A stretch of 63,850 nt of DNA, filler included, from Octopus bimaculoides (GCF_001194135.2; 6 parts of 6 records of this genome joined end to end with filler, not necessarily neighbours in it), one strand, 5' to 3'. Numbered from the whole stretch's first letter, positions 50,237-62,879 are shown. Notes: generated from the sequence alone by a model not told the origin. Translations and numbers: made by a program.

Positions 50237-51200
50237 GAGGAAGGAAGACCACCTTGGAATTGAAAAAGGTGTTGGGTGCAGTGCAGTACGGTACTGAACG
50301 CATGGGTTGGAGTAGGACGGACACAGAACAAATGAATTCTTGTCAGAATAAAAACAGACGAGATATTGTGATCTAAGAAATTAACCAAACTGAAAATGAG
50401 AATTGGGCATCTAAAAGAGTGAAGTTAGGAAGGCAAAACGTATGGGTAGTATGGGAAACAGCTGAACCAGAAAAATTTCATCAAGCATGTTGTGGAAAAC
50501 GGAGACATCTAGATTACGATTCCTTTCGAGGGCGTGTATGACGTGCATCCAACCATGACCAATGAATATACTGATCGCCATTGGTGCAAGTTTATGCTTC
50601 AGTGCAATGTGTTCAGGCAGCATGCAAGTCATGTCTTGTAGTGTATGCCAATATAGCTTAATCAAGTCTTGAGTATCCTTGCAGATGCTCAAAAACAATT
50701 GTGTAACAAAGTCAATGAAATTCGAATCAGTTGTATCGTATTGTTTTCCACAAGGAGGAAAAAGAACAGTGCATAAGCATAAACAAAGGAAATTCGCTAT
50801 CCAAACTTCTACATGATGTTAATGACAGATAGATTTGAAAGAAACGCTTGTGCTTCCAACCATATTTCAATAACAAATCAATGCCCTGGCATTTTAATAT
50901 AGTCTGATTTGATGAAAAAGTCTTCATTGTTGAGTTGACGGTACCTTGGGAAAGTAATATGGAGTGGGTACATGAAAAGATGGGCTTAAAAATGAAGAGC
51001 TTAGGAAAGTTGTACCGATGGCAGTGTACAGCGGTTCGAGGGGAAGTAGGCTGTCGTGCGTTTGTGGGTAGATTCATTATGGCCTAGCTAGTTGACAGTG
51101 GACATAACAAAAACTGCAAAACAGTTATGCTTAAACTGAGGTCGTCATAAGAAAAGGTCCGTCATTTACAGGGCTTTCGCATGTGAAGAAAAGAGCAAAT
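50237..51200 (+). mobile_element. HERO-like (R2 superfamily) non-LTR 3' portion
   Basis: VLGAVQYG, IRFLSRACMT-type region, VELTVPWE and EVGCRAF REL motifs, with frameshifts. Confidence 0.7.
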
Positions 51201-51492
51201 GTGAGAGTGACAAGTAAGGCATCAATAGTTGCTGCATACTTGAAGTATCTAAAACTGCACTAATTTGGTACGATGACCACATGATAACGAATGGAAAGTG
51301 CTCTCGGATATTGTTTGGTAGCATTAATGTTGCTAAACATCGCTAGAAGCGGAGATACAATGGGAAAGTGCTGAAATTCCAGTCAACAGCTGACGAGGAG
51401 AGGATACAGCAGTACAAGTTGGGTGCAAACTATTAAATATACATAGGGTTAAGTAGGAACAACGCAAACAAGAATATCGTAAGGATATTGTC

Positions 51493-51543
<51 letters not shown>

Positions 51544-51639
51544 ACTATAACTATGGTAATACTATAACTATGGTAATACTAGCACTCAGCGCACACATAT
51601 ACCCAACATAGACATTCATACACGTACATCTAACATTGA

Positions 51640-53110
51640 TATTCGTACACTCGAACACGACCATAATAGATCCCAGCCCACTAGTATACCCAGAAATAAT
51701 ACTACAATATCTTATAATAATAACAATAGAGGGAATAATATCTATAACAGTAATGATTGCATTGATCTAGATTCTTCTGCGTCCTCATATAACATATCCT
51801 CCAACAATATCGCCTCATCCACCACAGAACACAACCCCCAAGTTTCATCTACTTGTAACTGTCACTCCGGGACAATCTGCTCGCTGCAAACGCATTGCGT
51901 AAGATATAACGTAATATATAAAAGCACTGTAACCAATCTGCTACATAACTCTACAGCTGCATACATAGGTTCAACTAAACATTTCAAGCAGCGCTATGCA
52001 GCCCACCTTCACTCTTTTAGATATGACAAGCACAGCAAATCTACAACACTAGCCAACCACATTCACTACCTCAAAAACACAAATACCCAGTATACTTTAA
52101 CATGGTCCATTCTGGACTCTGGAATTCCATAGCAAAGCCAGCGCTCTAATTGCAAGTTTTGCTTGAAGGAGGCGTTCCATATTTTAAAATACAATTCTCC
52201 CACACTATTTAACAGATATAACGAAGCCCTTAGCCCCTGTAATCACCGTTTCTTCCATACATTCAAATTCTACCACAGACACAAATGCACAAATGACCAC
52301 ACAATGTACTCCCACAACTCCCCATAAGTAACCCCAACCAACTTGAGTTAGCAAATAGGTCCCCCTTCTACTATCTTTAAAATAGTTTTCAGCTCTATTT
52401 ATAGAATATTAACACTACTCACTTTCTCTCTTATTTTACTTTCTTCCTTTAATACTATTCTTCGAATGCCACCAACACCATTACCCCTTACAGGTTCCTT
52501 CCTATCCTGACACTGTACACAATTATAACTACCTCCCTCTTACTTCTTCACACTCCTTTTCTCCACCTATCCATTTCTTTACTAAACTTATACTTCCACC
52601 CCCGTCTTCTTCCCTTTGTTCTCTTTACTCCTTCCTTCCTTTCTGTCAGTATAAGTGACCTCACAATCGCCTACTACTGGCACCAATACCTTCATTTCTC
52701 CCTTAAATTATCTCCTCCTCCTCCTCCTTTCCTTCCTATCTTAAGGCTTGACCTCTTAATCCTACACACATCTTCCACTCACTTCGGACTATCCTTTAAG
52801 TAAACAACCCACAGAGTAAACTGGATACAATATGATATATATCCACCATTGCAACTATAATTATCTCTGGAAAATACCCACACGGATTCTTTACATGAAT
52901 GGTTACTGTTGGAATGGAACTATACTCCAAGTACTTTTTCTTTTTTTCTTCTTTGTTCTTTTTTCTACGCATCGTTCTCATTTCTTACTGTAAATCTCCT
53001 CATATAGATGTAATAATCCATTCTTCTACTATTACCGTCTCCGATGAAGGGATACATTGAATTTTCCCTGAAACAGCTGTAAGACTTTCTATATAAAATA
53101 TGATTTTACT
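51640..53110 (+). mobile_element. Penelope-like element 3' part (GIY-YIG, tail, terminal repeat)
   Basis: CNCHSGTICSL...NVIYK...YIGST.HFKQRY..HLHSF...STTLANHI and C.FCL.E, followed by a pyrimidine-rich tail. Confidence 0.85.
53037..53085 (+). ncRNA. Minimal type I hammerhead ribozyme candidate (U4C variant)
   Basis: GTCT-CCGATGA-AGGGA(12 nt)TCCCT-GAAA-CAGCTG-TA-AGAC. Stems I and II pair, and stem III is the palindrome ACAGCTGT. Confidence 0.65.
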
Positions 53111-54523
53111 TACACCATTNNNNNNNNNNNNNNNNNNNNNNNNNNNNNNNNNNNNNNNNNNNNNNNNNNNNNNNNNNNNNNNNNNNNNNNNNNNNNNNNN
53201 NNNNNNNNNNNNNNNNNNNNNNNNNNNNNNNNNNNNNNNNNNNNNNNNNNNNNNNNNNNNNNNNNNNNNNNNNNNNNNNNNNNNNNNNNNNNNNNNNNNN
53301 NNNNNNNNNNNNNNNNNNNNNNNNNNNNNNNNNNNNNNNNNNNNNNNNNNNNNNNNNNNNNNNNNNNNNNNNTATTATACAACACAGTATATTGATATTA
53401 CCACTTTGATTTCAGGTTCGGTAATGGAGAGAACATTGTTTTACAGATATATATAGTTATAAAGGGAACCTTGATTGCTCTTACCGCCAAAATTGAATAA
53501 ATTACGCTTTTCAGCTTGAAATAAAACCCGGTCCTGCCGTTCCGAAATAGATTTTCTGGATCGAACAGTGGCAGCCCGTAGATAAAATTAGTTGGGGTGC
53601 TGCTTCAGAAAATTTTTAGCCGTTGTTTTGATATTGTGTAAAAGGAAACAAACATATAAAAAGAATATTTATGCATAAACTTGATCGGTTCGCATTTTAG
53701 CCACTGCCGGGTAGTGTATTTAATTTGTTCACTGAACACCGCCACGAATTCCCCATTGTTTTTCAAAAATTCCTCCTAAATCACAAAATAAGGGAAGCAA
53801 ATGTGCCCTAATTTTCAAATCCTGGCAGCAACACTAAAGCTGGAAGCAGGATTATTATCTAATTCTACACTTTATCACATTCAAGGATATAAACGTTTTT
53901 AAGCACAACACACGCGGAGCCAAAAAGAAACACTACCTTTCACTCGGCACTCTCGTTCATACAGTGTTCTCTCTCCCTTGTGTGAAGCTTCCTATCTCGG
54001 ACATGTGAGCATGCGCAGAACAGCCAAACACCGCGTCGCTGAAACTGTGAAGCGCACAATTCCATGCATGGATTTTGGTATTTTTTTCATAAACTAGGGG
54101 ATAGCTACTGACATTAAGCTTAAAGATTATATAATGTACAAGTATAAAGAAAGAATTAAAGAAAAAAAGAACTCATTATATTGAATGTTATCGATAATAT
54201 CGAGTCGAAATAGGGGGTGCTGCAGTTCCGCAGCTCCTATACACAAGCCGCCACTGAGATCGAAGATACTTGATGGCTTACCAACTGGTTCTACCGTGAT
54301 TATAAACGCTAGGACCTCTACCGTCGGTCTTTCCTCGATAACATCTTGAGAACTCAGCAAAGTTTAACTAAGCTATACACGCATAGACACACATACGCAT
54401 ATGCATCCACATGCGAGGTTAAAGGTATTTGCTCGATTCGTCTCCAACTCCACCTACACACATACCAACTCTGCCTACATATCAGTTTTTCAACCTCTCC
54501 TACACATAATTTAACCCACTACA

Positions 54524-54646
54524 CTGCATTTATCTTCAAGAGGAAGCGCATAGCCGACCCATTGCTTCATGGAGCACCAGAAGGCTCAGTTGCTTATGGA
54601 AGCAAAAATGGATGGATTGATCGGGAAATATTTTCTAAGTGGCTAC
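54524..54646 (+). mobile_element. Isolated 123-bp internal slice of the pogo-like transposase
   Basis: Matches 49890-50012 with 7 mismatches. Confidence 0.9.
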
Positions 54647-54888
54647 CCAGGTTCCACAACTCACCCAGGTTTTTTGGGGGTACAAGGGACATAAGCCTAG
54701 TAATTGTCTGCTACGACCTCATTTCGTTTTTTTCACAGCAATCACCAACCGGATGTGATACTTCCTCACCTCCAGTAATAGGGAATAGTCACCGTTTTTT
54801 TCATGCCATCTAATCTCTGATGAGCACATTTATTAAATAACTGTCCGATTGCCTAATATCCGTTGCGAATCCGATTGGTAAGATCGGC

Positions 54889-55264
54889 TGTAATGAATCT
54901 ACAATGCTTTGTTTATAGAACCATTACTCTATTGGCAAGTATGGGTGTGTAGGCGCAGTTACCTCCCTTGACAGCGAGTTTAAACAAGCTCGCTAGAGCG
55001 TGAGATTCTGATACGAGGCCTTACGACTCTCTTTTCTCACCAAGAAGTCAGACCGTAAAGACATGATCTAGTCGGCTCTCTGACACCACACGCCAGCTAG
55101 CAGACAGGAGGCAACGCACAGGAGATCATGGCCTTCACGCACCAACCATTTACATTTGTCAATCAGTTTGTATATATACGTGTGGCCGGCATTAAAGACA
55201 TTTAAAGTTACAGCCTTGTTTCATATATATTCTTTATACCGTGTTCCTGTCAAATGATATTACA
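54889..55264 (+). mobile_element. Probable solo LTR
   Basis: TGTAAT...ATTACA termini and an internal ATTAAA; the TSD is not evident. Confidence 0.5.
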
Positions 55265-55299
55265 GCCTTCTGAAGAGAGTCATATTTAGATAGTGCTGG

Positions 55300-55706
55300 T
55301 ATCATGGTTGTGGATCCATCTAAAAGTGTCTATTTTTTCTGGATTTTTGGACGTACATACATACATACTGGACTATTCTACCTTGATTCTCTACCTGGAC
55401 TTTCTACTCTCCTACACTCGGACTCCTACACTTCGGCTGTATCTCTCCTACCCATGGATTATACTGGACTCTTCTGTTGATGAGAAATCGCTCCATTACA
55501 CCACGATGTTTTAACCTTTTGAACTTTCTGCTTTTTCCTATTATCGTTTCTCTCAATCCGCTCTCTGTTTATTTCTGTGTTCCTTTCTGTCAAAGAGCGT
55601 AGGCTCGAAACGTAAAAGACTTTCTCACTTCCCGGGCGTTAAACTAATACATCAGTTTGTTGTTTACACACCTGTCTTAGTCTTTTGTTCTTTTGTAAAG
55701 TCTCAC

Positions 55707-55715
<9 letters not shown>
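55300..55715 (+). mobile_element. Penelope-type terminal remnant with hammerhead-like motif (55583-55618)
   Basis: Same family as 13300-13480. Confidence 0.55.
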
Positions 55716-55773
<58 letters not shown>

Positions 55774-55819
55774 TTCTGTGTCAGTTAGAGGTTGGGAAAC
55801 CAACCAAGGAATAGTACCT

Positions 55820-56290
55820 ATCTAATATACTGTTGGTAGTGTGCCCAGTTATTCATACCCAAGTGTTGGTTATTGCGTGGCAATCTTGCAATTGAGTGTT
55901 ATATATGGGCGGGGGTAAAAAGTGGTATACCCCTAATTAATACGGCAAATAAGAAAATGGGGAGGATACAAAAACGACATACATCAGCCGGTAGACATTC
56001 TAGTATGTCTATTTATTCCAAAGTATTAGAAAGTATTAGAAGAATACATACACATGTAATAACTATACACACACATGTACTAATATTACAGAAAAGAGCA
56101 AAAGATCAGATTGACAGTAGATGCTAGTTCCTTACGGCTGTTTCTGCCAAGAAATTCTCCATGCCATCTCCATCTCCTTAGTGTTCTGTAGGGATGGGCA
56201 GATAAAGTTTGGATGATGAATGTGCCTCTAGGCTTCTTCAGAGGGTCTAAGTGGTTGGGAGGGTTAATACATATAAGAAACAGTTAACAA
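55820..56290 (-). mobile_element. Penelope-type terminal remnant with hammerhead-like core (56130-56244)
   Basis: The minus strand reads CCT-CTGAAGA-AGCC...GGCA-GAAA-CAGCCG-TA-AGG. Confidence 0.45.
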
Positions 56291-58389
56291 TTGGTACAGT
56301 GTGTTTGTCTTTTTAGAAGGGCAGAAAAAGAATATGAGTGTGTGCCTGTGTGTTTGTGTGCGCACACACACACACGCGCGCATGCACACGCGCGTGCGTA
56401 CACACACAGATATTGAAGAAGACAAAAAATATCAAATATCATCTGTACGATTTGAACAACACATCAATAAAAACTGTATAGTGTATGTTGTGCTCTTCTG
56501 GCAAGACCCTTAATCTAAGACCTGTGTGCTGAAATCGAAGTAATTGCAACATGGAAAAGTAGTTTTAGTCATTTAAGAATTCATAGAAATTAACATTTAC
56601 TTTGTCATACTTTTGTGACCTGGCCATTAACACAATTCTATTAAACCTGTTGAAAATAAGTTACTAAGTTACTGCCTAAATTATTTAAGTTGCAGTAGAT
56701 TTTCTCATCCATTTTGGTAGTTTCTTTGTTCGTTTATTATTTACATTTTTATTCAGGAACTCGAACAGTTAATGATCTTTTTTATGCGTCAGCTTAACTT
56801 ATGAAGTCATTCATTTATGTTTAAGAAGAAAAGGAAAGCAAAAAACGATATGAATTTGAAAGTAACAAAACGCCCACAAGTATAATGCATAAAAAGAGGG
56901 AAAATAAAAGAAAAAAACATTCAAGAAGTTTATAAGGTTTCAGCAGATACAAAAACATTGAATCATTAACCAAGCATTAGAAGTGCGAGAAATCTTTTTG
57001 ACACTTCATAGTAGACAATATTATTAAGAAATAAATGGAAATAAATGTAATACTTTTTAAGTGTACTTCAACGATTAAAAGCCTTTTCTTTGTTGTAAAT
57101 GTTTTAGTTTCGATACGCAGACTCAGATCAAGGTACTTGCCAAACTAATGCATTTTAATTTCTCTTCACAGAACTCATACATTTTCTCTCTTTTGCTCGT
57201 TTCAGTTTAAACATTTCTTCTTGGGTGTTTGTACTCCTTCAGTTTCACTTACATCTATCACATCTATCACATTCCTCATGCCTTCCCATTTGCCTCACCA
57301 GCAACTGTTTTCCTCACACGCACGCTCGCTCTCACTCCCTCACATTGATGCTTTCTTACCATACACAGCGATTGCACGCGCACATACACATGCACATACA
57401 CACACATCGAGATTTCATAATCTCGTAAATCTACACCAATATACTTTCGTATATGCATACCTCTACATAAAAGCACATAAATCCAGACACGGATATACTC
57501 CTATAGCTGCACATATACCATGTTCCTCTTCTTTACTTAACTCCTTCCATAGAACCGTATCCCCAACTTCGTCCTCTGTTCCTCTCTTTTATTCATAATG
57601 TCTTTTTCTCACTCCTTCAATGTTTTATTAGTCATTCTGATGAATTACTAACGTCCGAAACGTTAAAACAATTTTTATTTCCATGAAAGTTTTAAACCAA
57701 TACCACCCTTGTTAAAATTTATTTCTCCTTTGTTCTTTGTTGTCTCTTTTATCGTTCATTACATTTACAAACTTGCAAGATATATATATATATATATATA
57801 TATANNNNNNNNNNATGAAAAATATATAGTTTATTGACTAGTTTTTCTTCTTGTTAGACCACTGGTAGCACAAAGAATTTCTTAATTTTTGTTTGCTACC
57901 CTGAAATTTATTAATAATGATATAATGACGTTTTGGCTAATTTCTAGAAGAAAATCGTAATTTTTTGTATTTGTTGCCAATAAGAAAGCCGCACATGCGC
58001 GGTAGATATGAAAAATTATAACATATAAGCACGAGGCATGTTCTATGTATTGCCTCGCGTTTATATGTTGATCTTGGCTTTCCTACTGATGATAGCTGGC
58101 CTAGCAAATTATTTTATTTTGCTGAAAATAGCTTGAAACCATGGTACAGGAAATAGATGGTAAATGTTTTTATTTTTCATTCCCTTCCGAAATTATCCCT
58201 ATTTGCGGTTTGGAGTTTGACTGCTCCTTCTAGCGGGTTAGATGTCCTATTATGGACATCTCCTGTGTTTAAATGTACACTGCATTATTTATATGAATAG
58301 TATATAGTCTAATGACTGGTTTTTCTTCTCGCTAGACCACTGGTAGCAAAAAGAATTTCAAAATCTTTTTGCTACCCCGAAATTTATTA

Positions 58390-58470
<81 letters not shown>

Positions 58471-59419
58471 CACACACATACNNNNNNNNNNNNNNNNNNN
58501 NNNNNNNNNNNNNNNNNNNNNNNNNNNNNNNNNNNNNNNNNNNNNNNNNNNNNNNNNNNNNNNNNNNNNNNNNNNNNNNNNNNNNNNNNNNNNNNNNNNN
58601 NNNNNNNNNNNNNNNNNNNNNNNNNNNNNNNNNNNNNNNNNNNNNNNNNNNNNNNNNNNNNNNNNNNNNNNNNNNNNNNNNNNNNNNNNNNNNNNNNNNN
58701 NNNNNNNNNNNNNNNNNNNNNNNNNNNNNNNNNNNNNNNNNNNNNNNNNNNNNNNNNNNNNNNNNNNNNNNNNNNNNNNNNNNNNNNNNNNNNNNNNNNN
58801 NNNNNNNNNNNNNNNNNNNNNNNNNNNNNNNNNNNNNNNNNNNNNNNNNNNNNNNNNNNNNNNNNNNNNNNNNNNNNNNNNNNNNNNNNNNNNNNNNNNN
58901 NNNNNNNNNNNNNNNNNNNNNNNNNNNNNNNNNNNNNNNNNNNNNNNNNNNNNNNNNNNNNNNNNNNNNNNNNNNNNNNNNNNNNNNNNNNNNNNNNNNN
59001 NNNNNNNNNNNNNNNNNNNNNNNNNNNNNNNNNNNNNNNNNNNNNNNNNNNNNNNNNNNNNNNNNNNNNNNNNNNNNNNNNNNNNNNNNNNNNNNNNNNN
59101 NNNNNNNNNNNNNNNNNNNNNNNNNNNNNNNNNNNNNNNNNNNNNNNNNNNNNNNNNNNNNNNNNNNNNNNNNNNNNNNNNNNNNNNNNNNNNNNNNNNN
59201 NNNNNNNNNNNNNNNNNNNNNNNNNNNNNNNNNNNNNNNNNNNNNNNNNNNNNNNNNNNNNNNNNNNNNNNNNNNNNNNNNNNNNNNNNNNNNNNNNNNN
59301 NNNNNNNNNNNNNNNNNNNNNNNNNNNNNNNNNNNNNNNNNNNNNNNNNNNNNNNNNNNNNNNNNNNNNNNNNNNNNNNNNNNNNNNNNNNNNNNNNNNN
59401 NNNNNNNNNNNNNNNNNNC

Positions 59420-60237
59420 TATTGTACGTGCGTGTGTTGTTTATGCCCATGTGTGTGTGATTGTATGCGTGTCTGCGTGAGTGTGTAGTGTTGGTGAGAA
59501 GTGTGTGTGCGTGTGTGTGTATGTGGGTGTGTGCGTGTGTGTGTATGTGTGTGAATGTGCGTGTGTGTGTCGGATTGTGAGTGTTAGGTTCGGGTGTGTG
59601 TGTGTTTATGTGTGTTTATGTGTGTCTGTATGTGTGTTTCCGTGTGCGTGTGTGTGCGCGTGTGTGTATATTTTTTGTGCGTGCGTGTATGTGTATATTG
59701 TGTATGCTTTCGTGCGTGCGTGTGNNNNNNNNNNTGTGTGTATATTTTTTGTGCGTGCGTGTATGTGTATATTGTGTATGCTTTCGTGCGTGCGTGTGTG
59801 TTATGTATGTGAGTGAGTATTGTGTATGTGAGATGTGTGTGTGCGTGTGTGCATGTGTGTATATGTGCATGTGTGCATGTGTATATGTGTATGTGTGTTG
59901 TGTATGTGTGTGTGTGGTTTTGTGTATGTGTGTGTTTATGTGTGTGCGTGCGTATGTGTGTGAGAGCGTAAGGATGTGTGCCAGGTATGTGTATTATTTT
60001 GTGTGTGCACTCCTGTGTGTATGTGTGTGTATATATGTGCGTTCGTCTATATGTGTGTGTGAGGGCGCTCATGTATGTTTGTCATGTATGTGGGCGGTAT
60101 ATAAGTAAGGTGTGTGGGAGGTGTGTGTGTAGGTGTATGGGAGGTATGTGAGGTATGTGTGAATGGGGGTATGTATGGGTTGTCAGGTGTGTGGGAGGTA
60201 TTTGTGAATGGGGGTATATGTGGGTTATGTGTGCAAG
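59420..60237. repeat. Long cryptic (GT)n/(GTGC)n low-complexity tract
   Basis: Direct reading of the sequence. Confidence 0.95.
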
Positions 60238-60337
60238 NNNNNNNNNNNNNNNNNNNNNNNNNNNNNNNNNNNNNNNNNNNNTTAATTAATTAANNNNNNN
60301 NNNNNNNNNNNNNNNNNNNNNNNNNNNNNNNNNNNNN

Positions 60338-60645
60338 TAGCCTTTCTATGTCAAATTTTGGGTGGTGCAACCTATATCCTGTCATTATTTTTCTTGTTTT
60401 CCTGTCTATTTTACATAGTTCGTTTAGTGACCAGTTAAGGATGTTGTAGCTGTAGCTTATAACTGGGACAGCTAAAGTGTGGATACCCATTATCTTGTTT
60501 TTAGCATTGAGCTCTGTTTTTAGTATTGATCTAACTCGTCTATAGTACTCTTTCTTTATTTTTTCTTTCATTTGTGTATGTTGTATCCTATCTAGTTCAT
60601 TGACTCCTAAATACTTATATGGTTGGCTTTCGTCTAGTTCTCTTT
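60338..60645 (-). mobile_element. R4/Dong-clade fragment (post-RT region)
   Basis: PYKYLGVNE...KEYYRRVRSILKTELNAKNKI...DRKTRK...HHPK.DIERL. Confidence 0.85.
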
Positions 60646-60960
60646 AAGTTTCTTTGGTATGTATTATTCCTTAGTGGGTGTCGCTTAATTTTTAGGTTCC
60701 TAATAGTATCCCATAGTTCGTTCGCAAAAGCGTCAAGGCAGCTGTTTGGTGGGGGTGTTTTTTTACTTTTTAAAATTCCTTCGGTAAAATCCTTGCTGTT
60801 GTGATTGGTAATCTCTGTTTGGATATTTTTATCGTAGAATAAGGCTTTCCATCGTAAATGGTGGGTGAAGTCTGTTAATTTTGCAATCACTTCTTTTAGA
60901 GATTCATCTTTTGGTGGAATCGGTATATCCTTTAATGATGCTTCTATTATTATTTACTCC
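60646..60960 (-). mobile_element. Penelope-like N-terminal fragment
   Basis: DIPIPPK...FTHHLRWKALF...KSKKTPP...LDAFANEL. Confidence 0.65.
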
Positions 60961-61382
60961 TGTCAATATTCCTCCGATAAACTCTAAATCATTCTGATGA
61001 TGTTTGTTACATGGAACGAAATAAATGCAAATTTACCGAAAAAAAAAAACAAACTGTAAATATTATTTTAACTACAATTAAACTATGATAATTTAATACC
61101 AATGATCAATTTCTAATTGTTAATTGTTGCTCCATTTCTTTTCTTATCTGTGTATACATACTTGCATACGTGCATGCATACATACATACATACATACATA
61201 CATACATACATACATACATACATACATACATACATACGTATATATGAGTGTATGTGTATATAATACGAAAGACAAACAGAACAAGTAGAGACGCGGTTAC
61301 AGTAAGAGAGTAGAAACGCATTTGGATAATTTTTAAAAGTCAGTGTTTCATTGAACACAATGAGATAAATGCAAACAATGAA

Positions 61383-61705
61383 GAGGCGCAGGAGTGGCTG
61401 CGTAGTAAGTAGCTTGCTTACCAACCACATGGTTTCGGGTTCAGTTCCATTGCGTGGCACCTTGGGCAAGTGTCTACTGTATATATGGGGGGCGTATATG
61501 TTTGTGTCTGTGTTTGTTCCTTCCACCATCGCTTGACAACCGATGCTGGTGTGTTTACGTCCCCGTAACTTAGTGGTTTGGCAAAAGAGACTGATAGAAG
61601 AAGTACTCGGCTTACAAAGAATAAGTTCTGGGGTCGATTTGTTTGGCGAAAGGTGGTGCTCCAGTATGGCCGCAGTCAAATGAGTGAAACAACTAAAAGT
61701 ATAAA
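61383..61705 (+). mobile_element. Abundant SINE with internal deletion
   Basis: The head and 3' body match the other copies. Confidence 0.85.
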
Positions 61706-62412
61706 TGAATGTTCATTACCTTACAAAAATTGTATCAGTTAAGCAAATGACCTCTGAATGCATTTAAAACACTATAACGTATACAAAACACCTTCTGAAA
61801 ATTATCTCCGTTCTCTTTGAGCATATAAAAGACAAATTTAGCCGGGGCAAAATGTACAAAACAAAGTAAAGTAAATTTGCTTCTCCAGTTCTCCAAAATT
61901 ACATTTGAAAAAAGACCCATACACATCAGGAAGATCACAAGTGCAAAAAAAGAAATTAAATATCTAGGTCAAATCAAAGAGGATCATGGAAAAATGGCAC
62001 ATGATATGAAATTAACGAAACTCAGGTAAATCGAAAACCTCAACGTAAAATCTTATCTATAGCTTCTTTATGATCTGCGGGAGTGTCTCTATTCCTGATA
62101 TATTTTGGTACCTTGCAATAATAAAAAAAAAAAAACATGGTTGAAGTCAGCCATTACTTATTTTGCCCCACTACAGACTTTTTTTTTTTTGAAAACTGAA
62201 AACTATCAAATTACATAAGTGTGAGAAAAAGTTGACTTGGAATCCAACAGAGAAAAGAATATTGATTGTTAGACGTCAGAAATTAAATCATCCAGGTATT
62301 TTAACAATCTCAGTTGCAACCGAGTCAAAGTTGTGGAAAAATTTCTTGAAAGAAGTGTCAGCCGTGTTTCCATCTCCCTCAACTTCAACAGCAACAACAA
62401 TAACAATTATAC

Positions 62413-62676
62413 TGTTATATGGACTGTTAGATATGTAATTCGTCTGACGTTCCGTGTGTCATGTGGTTCGTCTGAGTTCATTGTTTCATTGTTGTTGTCT
62501 TGTGGGACTGTCGTAGTAAAATGTCATTGATATATATATGGCGGACATGACTTTTGTTTATTCATAACGAACATTGGGTGAGTGCGTTCTTTGTATGTAA
62601 TTGAACAATAAATGTAATAATTAAACTGTATAACTCGTTGTGTTATCTCTGCGAGTCACCCGAGGGAAACATAACA
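62413..62676 (+). mobile_element. Solo LTR
   Basis: TGTTAT...ATAACA termini and an internal AATAAA. The left flank TATAC and right flank TA(n) are compatible with a 5-bp TSD. Confidence 0.65.
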
Positions 62677-62879
62677 TANNNNNNNNNNNNNNNNNNNNNN
62701 NNNNNNNNNNNNNNNNNNNNNNTTAATTAATTAANNNNNNNNNNNNNNNNNNNNNNNNNNNNNNNNNNNNNNNNNNNNATCTGATGTCGATGTTACTTAT
62801 TTTGGTTTGAAATAAAGCACTTGATCAATTAATAATCCTAGCTTAATCCCGAGCAGCGCTGGGCTATACTGCTAATTAT

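Noticed and set aside
59481-60108. Cys/Val- and His/Thr-rich ORFs (also 48741-49154, 18227-18585)
   Set aside because: They are dinucleotide low-complexity translations.
61735-61938. 67-aa hydrophobic minus-strand ORF
   Set aside because: No family motif and no supporting splice or promoter context.
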